From NCBI GenBank assembly GCA_043803815.1, contig JAZDJR010000014.1:26822-90821 (forward strand): a stretch of DNA of 64,000 nucleotides. The letters are read 5' to 3'. Below the pieces are notes generated by a model that saw only the letters and a list, made by a program, of their open reading frames with translations, was not told the DNA's origin and did no database searches. The stretch comes from Candidatus Micrarchaeota archaeon (GTDB lineage: Archaea; Iainarchaeota; Iainarchaeia; Iainarchaeales; JAGVWC01). Each line of letters starts with the position of its first letter. Positions within the stretch are counted from its first letter, which is position 1. Positions 56,871 to 64,000 of the stretch are shown piece by piece. Made by a program: the position numbers and the translations under genes.

Positions 56871-59800
56871 TCAGTTGGAAGTTCCGAATTGGGTCACGCC
56901 AAAGCAGGCGTTTAATGAACACGCGATTCCGACGCCGATTTGGGTGACATTCGGGTTCAGCATGTTTTGGCGGTGGCCGGAGCTGTTGTTCCATTGGTCA
57001 AAAAACTTTTGGCTGGCATCGATGGTGGAAATACCCGCGGGGTTGAAGAAAGTAGCGGTGTTTTCGGGGGCAAAAGTGGAATGGTCAATAGTTCCAACTG
57101 AAAGCAGATGTTCGCTCCACGTTTGGGATTGGCGGTCCAAAAAATCGTTTTCGGTTAATGCGGCCAGATTTTGCTTTTGGCGCTCCGCGTTTACCAGTTC
57201 AACTAGTTTTTTTTTTTCAGCGGAATTGTTATTCCCTGCGGCGGGGGGATTCGTATTGTTTCCCGCGGGCGGGGTTACCGCGGCTCCGCCGGCCTGGCTT
57301 GGCAAAGTATACACCGGGTTCCAGTATAATTCCAGCGTGTCAATCGTTGCCTTGACGCAGACTTTGTTTTCTTTGATTGCGCTTGCAATATCCTTGAGGT
57401 TGTAGGTGCCGATTTCGACTTTTTCAAACGGCAGGTTCGTGGTGCCCGTTGCGAGGAACAATTCCTTGTTGTTCGCGGTCAAGACTGTCGGCTTTAGCGC
57501 TCCGGCATTGGCCGTGAGTGCGCCTTGGTAAATCGTCATGGTGGCCGAGCTTGCGGCGCAGCCCAAACTAAACGTGGTCTTCTGGATTCCAATCGGCAGG
57601 TACAAATTGCCGTTGTAATTGTTATTCAGGAAACTGTATTGCGAGTCTCCTACAAGGTTGCAGGCCTGCTTGGGCGTCGACTGTCCTTCGTTGACTCCCG
57701 CCCAGTTGATTTTTCCATTCAATGCCGCATCGCTGAACTTGAAGAGCGTTCCCGTTTTTCCGCCGGAGTGCGTCAATACGAATCCGTAGGGAACGGTCGG
57801 GGAATAAATCGCGGTAGTTTGATTAATGGAAAGCAATCTTCCCTGGCTTGATTCGGCATTCGCGGTATCCTTGAAAATGGACAACGTGAACTGCTTGAAC
57901 GTGCTCGTGCCGTTAATCGGGCTGAAGCGTTCGGTTCCACTGGAAAACAAGAGTTCGTCTGTGGTTTTGCTAAAAGCGGTTCCGTAATCGCGCGACTGGG
58001 AATTTTGGAGCGACGCGTCCAACGGATTCTGCAAAAGCGGGTTATTCAGTAATTTCGTCTCTGCGGTAAGCGCCTTGGTAATTTTGACGGTTGAACTTCC
58101 TTCGGTTGTTTTCCAGGAATATTCAATGGTCTGGACGTAAACGCCACTGTCGATTGCGCTTGGAGTGGAAGATGGCTGGCTGGTGGCCGGTGTATTGTTT
58201 CCGATTTGGAAGTTCCATTCCTTGACGGTTCCCGCAGTTGTTCTGAATTCCTGCGAGCCGGTCGCGCCGTAGTACGCCGCAAAGTCGGTCTTAAAAGCCA
58301 AGGAATAATTATCCGCAATGAGGTTGGACTTGATGTCTCCTTTGGAATTGGACAAGGTATCCAACAGTGTGACTTGGGGTTCTTTTTCCAAAAGTTCTTT
58401 AATCGGGCTTGCGTCCTGCGCTTTTTTGAATTCCGCGGCGTCCTTATTGTTGTTCCATTCCTTGGTTACCGCGACCGCGATTTTCGGCGTCAGGTTCGCA
58501 TTGGCGAGTGTTTCCAAAAACTTGGCGCTATAATCATATAATCCGGTTACCTTCGGATCTTTTTTGACCAATGATTCGATTTTGCAAGTCGGTTCGTTGT
58601 TAGTCGCGCAGGTCTTGAACTGCTGGTGCAGGTAGCCGAACTCGTTAAGCGTAAAAACCAACGTAACATTTTCGGGTTTGCCGGGAACGATTGCGGGAAT
58701 CGAAACCAAGGGCTCGGCTCCAAGCGATTGGGCTGAAGCGATAAAATCCTTGTTCTCGGTCGAGTTGGTCAGGGTTACTTCGACCGTGATTTTGTTCTTG
58801 TAATTCGGGTCCTGGGCCAAGCCGTTCAGTATCTGCTGCATCGCGTTGATTTTGTCAGCCGGGGTCGCATCGGGTTTTTTGAAATTGGTTATTGCGCCTT
58901 CGATGTCCTTGGTGGACGCAATGTCCTTGAGTGTAATCGTCGCGTTGTCTTTCAAAAAGAACGCCTTGGCTTCCTTGTTATTGGAGGGATTGGCAATGAA
59001 CTTATTGGACGCCGCGTCAAAGTTTGCGTTATCGATAATCGCGTTGGATAATTGGCTTTTCCAGAGCACGAGATTGCCCGTGTTTTGGAATTCAGATAAT
59101 TTTTCGCCGAATATTTTGGTCAAGGTGTCTTTGTTGGTTGTGGTGATTGCAAGCAGGTCTTTGGTAATCAATTGCTTGATTTTGTTTGTTTTTTTTGCAA
59201 GTTCAATCGTGTTTTGCACTCCGTCGCAGTAATAATTCTGGGTGCTCGCGACAACGTCGCAGGCTTTTCCGTTGGTTGCCGCGTCGCCGCTTAATCCCAA
59301 ATTGTCATTCCAGTTGAACAATAACAGGTTCAGTCCGGATTTGTTGTATTCGTCCGTTCCGGTTGCGCGGTTGCTTGCGGTTCCCGAGCAGATGTCGGCT
59401 TGCTTGGTGTCAACCGTTGGAGTGCCGGGCGCGTTGTTTCCGGGAACCGGAGTTCCACCGGGACCGCCAGGTCCGCCGGGTCCCTGGTTTTGGTCTCCCA
59501 AGGTTACGCAGGCTTTGACCGGAATTTCAATCGAATAAGTGCCAAACGGTGTTTGGCGCGTGACGGTTGCCTTGATTTTTTCGTTTAATCGTGCTTCTCC
59601 TTTTCCTTTGGCGTTGGTCTTGTCAACCGTGAGTTTGATTGCGCTGTTTCCGGAGTTTCCGCTGATGGATGATTGTTTTCCCGCGCCGGTTTCAAACGTG
59701 AATTTGACTCCGCCGACTTCAAACGATTTGGTCTGGATTTGGATGCTGTCGGTGGGGCTGCAGACGTTTAATGCGGAAGCGGGGATTCCGACCGGCGCTG

Positions 59801-62800
59801 CGGACGGAAGCGTATAATTTTGCGCGTAATACGGATAGGGCTGCGGCAAGGTGGTGGACGCATAGCTGGGCTGCATAGTTGGTCCAAGCGGGTTGGTGAT
59901 TGAAGTGGAATAAGGGGAAGCGTATACGCTGGAAGCAATCGGCAAGGCGGAAACATTGGGATTTCGGACTCCGGCATAATTAGCGCCGCCCGGTCCGTAG
60001 GCGTTTTGTCCGAAAATTCCGCCGTCCATGTCCGCCGAACCGGCTCCGTTAGCCGCAATCGGCACGTTGCGGTACGGATTTTGTCCGATGCGAAGCGCTT
60101 GGCGTTCGCTGTAAGAATAAGTTTTTTTGGCTCCAAAATCCGCGTCCGTCAAACAGGCGCCGTAATCCAATTCGTTCGGGTCGACGCATTGCTGGGGAGA
60201 AATGGCGGGGTTTCCAAAGTCCGCGATTTCGGGCAACGCGCTCCACATGTCCTGCAGTTCGACCAAAAACATTTTGCGGCCAACATAACCGTCGGGTGTC
60301 ATGTATTGCACGATTAATTGCGCGCGTCCTTGCGCGCGGTTCAACGACTGCGAGGCAAACGAGCGGATGCCAAGCACGCTGTCCGTGATGCTTCCGCCGA
60401 TTGGAATTTGCTGGGGGCGGTAATCGATGTTTTTGTATAATTCAAAATCAAGCACTTGGTAATATTGCCCCACTCCGGAAGGAACGGTCTGCAGGTTCAA
60501 GGGCTCGATGGATGCCGCAAGCCCGGGATTTCCGGTTTGGTATGCCAACTGGTCGCCGTATCCCTGATTGGAAAATGCAATCGAATCGAGGTCGATTCGC
60601 ACGCCTTGCGAAAAGCAGGTGTTGATTACGGTTGCGCGCTGGGGCTTGGCGACAAAGTCGTTGAATTGGAATTTGCGCTTGTTCAACTGGATGCAATTGT
60701 CGTACAGGCTCGGGTCGCCGCTGGGCATCACGTTGACCAGCAATTGTCCGACGTTTTCGCGCGTGTCTTTGGAGTCTTTTAGTTTGCCTTTGACTTTGAG
60801 CGGATAAATTCCGTAGTATTGCGTGGATTCGACGTGCACGATTTGTTCGGCGTCGGGTTCGAGATTCAAAACCGGCTGGTCCACCAATAAGGCGGGGTCG
60901 GGTTCGAAGCTGATTTCAATCTGCGCCTGGCAATGGTTCAGAATGCGGAACTGGTTGTTGCGGCCGTACATAGAATTGAACTGGTTAAAATTTCCGAATT
61001 GTCCGCCGAATTGCTGTCCATACTGGCTTGAATAACCGTTGTAATTTGGAATCGAACCGTTTGAGGCGACCGGGCTCCAGGTATCGTAAGACGGCTGGGA
61101 GTAGCCCGCGTACGGATAATTATTGGAGTATAATTGTTCGGGATAATTGACGGTAGTCGGGTTTCCGTTGACCGAACCGTATCCGCTTTGCAATTGGCTT
61201 TGGTAATTGTTGTATCCGCCGGTGAAATCAAACCGGTTCATGCCCGTGTTGCTTCCGCCGGAACCGTAGGGGCTTCCCGAATACGTATTGTAACCGCTTC
61301 CGTAATTTCCGCTGCCGAATGCTCCCGGCGTTCCGTACGTGCCCAGTCCGCTAATGCCGCCGTAAGAACCGCCGGTGTAAGGGCCCGTTGCGCTTCCGTA
61401 GCCGCCGTAGCCGTACTGTCCGCCGTTAATCGCGGAGCCGATTCCATAGTTTCCGCCGCCGTAACCCGAGCCTTGCGCGCCGTATAATCCGCCGCCATAG
61501 CTGCCCATTCCGCTGCCATAACCGTCGGTTCCGCCGTATCCTCCGGCTGCTCCGTAGTAACCCGCGCCTCCGTAACCGTATTGTCCGTAAATTCCGTTTC
61601 CGATTCCCGGAGAAGTCGAATAAACCGTAATCTGGGGCGGCACGATTTCAACGCAGGCGGTCAAATCGCTGACCTGAATCGTGGTAGCAAGTATGGCCAC
61701 TATGGGCTGAACTCCGTTGTTGGAAACGTGCTGTCCGCGCAAAATAATTTTGAGCTCTCCGCTGCCGGTTTTAATCGACGCGTCGGGAGTAAACGTGATA
61801 AAAACCACGGATTCGGAATTGGCTGCCAAAAGCGGCGCCACGATTTGGGGCCTGTTGGTCAGGGTAACGCTGACGGGGTGGCTGATTTGCAGGTTGGCTT
61901 TTTTTCCTGTCGGATTGGCGGCTTGCGAGCTTGCGCTGACGGAATTGACAATCAATGTTCCGTTGAATGCCGGTCCGCCGAGCTGGTAATGCGTTCCTTG
62001 CGAGCAGGTTCCGCAAGTAATAGGGAATGTTCCGGATTGGCTTGCGACAAACCGGATGGTTTGCGGAGCAGTCGAACTCGTGATTTGCTGGTTGATTCCA
62101 AAAGCGTCAATCGTGATTCCGTGGCCGTGGCCTTCGGTTCCAGGTTCGGTCGTGGCATTGATGATTACGGTGTCGCCTTGGTTCACGGTCAGAGTCGAGG
62201 GAGAATAACCGCCCAGATGCGTAATGTTTACGGTAAATGTTTTGGTTTGGGCAGCGGTTGAATTGGAACCGGAAGCGGAATTATCGATTATATTGGTGTT
62301 GCCAAAAGTCGTTCCGCCTGCCGCGATTCCCATTCCTTCCAAGGAAGTATTGGCCAAAGCCGAGCCGTCGGTGAGTTCTCCGCTTAATACAAAAGCGCCC
62401 AAGGGGTTTTGGCTAGCGGGCTGCTGCAAAAACGCTTCAAGGTTGCGCAAAGAAACGCTTCCGTTGGACACCTGGCAGGTGTTGGTTATTTTGAGTTCCA
62501 AAGCCTGGTTTTTGGTGCTGGCGGTACGGATATTCCAGTTGACGGGTTCAATGGTCAGGCATTTAGAGTCGGTTACTTCCCCGCCGAATCCGATATGCAC
62601 GGTAATCGGAACCGTGTTTGGCCATGACAGATTTGCGTTCGGGTTTTCGGTTACGATTATCATGTCGCCTTTGATAGTGACCGGTGCCAGCAATCGCTTG
62701 GCCAAATCGGTAAGCTCCACCCGAATCGAAAAATTATTGTCTTTGCCCGATTCCAGAGTTTGGCCGGCAATGTCCTGCACAAACTGCGCGTTTAACAGCC

Positions 62801-64000
62801 GGTTAAAATCATTTGAAAAACCCGCTTTTGAAATCCGCAAGGGAAATTGGGTCTGGTTGGTAATCGTAAAATCGCGTTCGAACCCGAACACTCCGGTTAC
62901 GGTCAGTGTTTCGTCCACCGAATCGGGGACAATCGACAAAATATTCGTGGTAACCTGCCATTGATGTTCCGCGGTTTTAAATCCCGGCTTTCGTGCGGTA
63001 ACTTTTACAACCGCTCCGGGCTGGGGGGACTGCAAAGTATAATGGAAAACTCCCGCGCCGTCCGTCAGGCCGCTTGTGACAATTGTTCCGTCAACGGCAA
63101 TGTCCACGTTGGCTCCGCTGATGGCGTTGTTCTGGTCGGGTTCCGAATAACGGATAATCAAATCGTTGTCCAAAAACGGCGCCAAGGTTTTGGGCAAAAC
63201 CGCAAGCATGGTCGGCTTTGCGGCTTCGACATTAATTGAAACGGTTTTTTGGAATGCGACCTGGCTGTTGGACTTGACCGTCAAATCCAAAGTGCTCGGC
63301 CCGTCGTTGACGGTTGCAAAAGCGATTTCGCCAAACAGGCTTGAATTTTCGCCGAAATCCGCAACAGGAATTGCGATGCTTGCTTCGCCGTTAAACGAAC
63401 CGCTTTTGACCGCGCCCTGGGCATCCGTAATACGGTAAGTGTTCATGGATAGCCCGCCGCTTAAATTGGCAAGTTCAAGTGAGGACTGCGAAAACGCGGT
63501 CGCGGAATTATTTATCAAGGAGAAAAATAATTTGTAGTTTTGCCCCGATTTGGCTGGATACTCGTCCACTACCGCGGAGCGAAGGTTGGCCGCGGTGTCC
63601 TCGATAATCAAACTGTAGCAAAAATTGCTGGTGCAAAGACTCGATGGTCCGACGGAAAAAAACTTGTCGTTGGTTTTCGCGTACAATCCCTGCTTGACCG
63701 GAACGCTTTCGCTGTTGCCCAAAGTCTGGTCAATCGGAAAGCGGACATAAGAATCGCTTTTGCCCCAGGCGCGATAGCTGAACGGCAAAGAAGCGCCGGT
63801 CGGGGCTGAAGAAAGAACCTGCACCTGCGCTTCGATTTGGTAAACTCCGCCTTTCGGGTTTTTGAAAACGATATTGGCCCACTTGGAAACTCCGGTCGTT
63901 ACTTTGGTCGCGTCCTGTGCAAAACCGGTGGGCGGGGAAAACGAAAGTCCTTTGAGAACGCTACTGGCCGCGGCATTTACTTTGATAATGTTCCAGTAAT
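56871..64000 (-). CDS. Giant (more than 2370 aa) surface protein with a C-terminal CAP/PR-1 domain; 5' end beyond window
   Basis: C-terminal CAP signature (GHRQNMLNPNVTQIGVGIA...C). G/Y-rich block GYGGAGYYGAAGGYGGTDGYGSGMGSYGGG. Hand translation shows the frame stays open from 63825 to 64000, so the 'start' at 63824 in the ORF track is an artefact (GTG). Confidence 0.7.
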   Translation of the reverse strand, partial: YWNIIKVNAAASSVLKGLSFSPPTGFAQDATKVTTGVSKWANIVFKNPKGGVYQIEAQVQVLSSAPTGASLPFSYRAWGKSDSYVRFPIDQTLGNSESVPVKQGLYAKTNDKFFSVGPSSLCTSNFCYSLIIEDTAANLRSAVVDEYPAKSGQNYKLFFSLINNSATAFSQSSLELANLSGGLSMNTYRITDAQGAVKSGSFNGEASIAIPVADFGENSSLFGEIAFATVNDGPSTLDLTVKSNSQVAFQKTVSINVEAAKPTMLAVLPKTLAPFLDNDLIIRYSEPDQNNAISGANVDIAVDGTIVTSGLTDGAGVFHYTLQSPQPGAVVKVTARKPGFKTAEHQWQVTTNILSIVPDSVDETLTVTGVFGFERDFTITNQTQFPLRISKAGFSNDFNRLLNAQFVQDIAGQTLESGKDNNFSIRVELTDLAKRLLAPVTIKGDMIIVTENPNANLSWPNTVPITVHIGFGGEVTDSKCLTIEPVNWNIRTASTKNQALELKITNTCQVSNGSVSLRNLEAFLQQPASQNPLGAFVLSGELTDGSALANTSLEGMGIAAGGTTFGNTNIIDNSASGSNSTAAQTKTFTVNITHLGGYSPSTLTVNQGDTVIINATTEPGTEGHGHGITIDAFGINQQITSSTAPQTIRFVASQSGTFPITCGTCSQGTHYQLGGPAFNGTLIVNSVSASSQAANPTGKKANLQISHPVSVTLTNRPQIVAPLLAANSESVVFITFTPDASIKTGSGELKIILRGQHVSNNGVQPIVAILATTIQVSDLTACVEIVPPQITVYSTSPGIGNGIYGQYGYGGAGYYGAAGGYGGTDGYGSGMGSYGGGLYGAQGSGYGGGNYGIGSAINGGQYGYGGYGSATGPYTGGSYGGISGLGTYGTPGAFGSGNYGSGYNTYSGSPYGSGGSNTGMNRFDFTGGYNNYQSQLQSGYGSVNGNPTTVNYPEQLYSNNYPYAGYSQPSYDTWSPVASNGSIPNYNGYSSQYGQQFGGQFGNFNQFNSMYGRNNQFRILNHCQAQIEISFEPDPALLVDQPVLNLEPDAEQIVHVESTQYYGIYPLKVKGKLKDSKDTRENVGQLLVNVMPSGDPSLYDNCIQLNKRKFQFNDFVAKPQRATVINTCFSQGVRIDLDSIAFSNQGYGDQLAYQTGNPGLAASIEPLNLQTVPSGVGQYYQVLDFELYKNIDYRPQQIPIGGSITDSVLGIRSFASQSLNRAQGRAQLIVQYMTPDGYVGRKMFLVELQDMWSALPEIADFGNPAISPQQCVDPNELDYGACLTDADFGAKKTYSYSERQALRIGQNPYRNVPIAANGAGSADMDGGIFGQNAYGPGGANYAGVRNPNVSALPIASSVYASPYSTSITNPLGPTMQPSYASTTLPQPYPYYAQNYTLPSAAPVGIPASALNVCSPTDSIQIQTKSFEVGGVKFTFETGAGKQSSISGNSGNSAIKLTVDKTNAKGKGEARLNEKIKATVTRQTPFGTYSIEIPVKACVTLGDQNQGPGGPGGPGGTPVPGNNAPGTPTVDTKQADICSGTASNRATGTDEYNKSGLNLLLFNWNDNLGLSGDAATNGKACDVVASTQNYYCDGVQNTIELAKKTNKIKQLITKDLLAITTTNKDTLTKIFGEKLSEFQNTGNLVLWKSQLSNAIIDNANFDAASNKFIANPSNNKEAKAFFLKDNATITLKDIASTKDIEGAITNFKKPDATPADKINAMQQILNGLAQDPNYKNKITVEVTLTNSTENKDFIASAQSLGAEPLVSIPAIVPGKPENVTLVFTLNEFGYLHQQFKTCATNNEPTCKIESLVKKDPKVTGLYDYSAKFLETLANANLTPKIAVAVTKEWNNNKDAAEFKKAQDASPIKELLEKEPQVTLLDTLSNSKGDIKSNLIADNYSLAFKTDFAAYYGATGSQEFRTTAGTVKEWNFQIGNNTPATSQPSSTPSAIDSGVYVQTIEYSWKTTEGSSTVKITKALTAETKLLNNPLLQNPLDASLQNSQSRDYGTAFSKTTDELLFSSGTERFSPINGTSTFKQFTLSIFKDTANAESSQGRLLSINQTTAIYSPTVPYGFVLTHSGGKTGTLFKFSDAALNGKINWAGVNEGQSTPKQACNLVGDSQYSFLNNNYNGNLYLPIGIQKTTFSLGCAASSATMTIYQGALTANAGALKPTVLTANNKELFLATGTTNLPFEKVEIGTYNLKDIASAIKENKVCVKATIDTLELYWNPVYTLPSQAGGAAVTPPAGNNTNPPAAGNNNSAEKKKLVELVNAERQKQNLAALTENDFLDRQSQTWSEHLLSVGTIDHSTFAPENTATFFNPAGISTIDASQKFFDQWNNSSGHRQNMLNPNVTQIGVGIACSLNACFGVTQFGTSN

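Noticed and set aside
1-64000. CRISPR arrays and rRNA genes
   Set aside because: No regularly spaced direct repeats and no rRNA-like conserved stretches were seen anywhere in the window.

Overview
This window reads as an archaeal chromosomal segment, probably DPANN-like: family-B DNA polymerase with the YGDTDG motif, type-2 MetAP, BHB-type tRNA introns, leaderless TATA promoters, about 48% GC. I see nine tRNA genes; three carry introns (~105 and ~165 nt in tRNA-Glu CUC and tRNA-Tyr GUA, 21 nt in tRNA-Thr GGU) and a fourth tRNA locus is interrupted in a way I could not resolve (one long intron or two). Housekeeping genes: lipA, serS, hisS, rpiA, map, PolB, csaA, a DEAD-box helicase, a TDH-like dehydrogenase. 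Accessory content: two LAGLIDADG homing-endonuclease genes (one intact, one degenerate), each abutting the 3' end of a tRNA gene on the opposite strand. Three toxin-antitoxin-type loci (RelE with an antitoxin, an orphan HicA-like gene, a PIN-domain gene). A 19-bp perfect duplication of a tRNA 3' end that looks like an att-site remnant. The 3' third of the window holds very large secreted or surface proteins: a 1676-aa S8 protease with FG-GAP and beta-propeller repeats, and two paralogous giants (2659 aa and more than 2370 aa, the second running off the window) with G/Y-rich low-complexity tracts and a CAP/PR-1 domain. There is also a cluster of paralogous small membrane proteins divergent from a small-protein plus retropepsin-like protease operon. 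No CRISPR array and no rRNA were seen. All calls come from reading the sequence and the ORF translations by eye; no searches were run.
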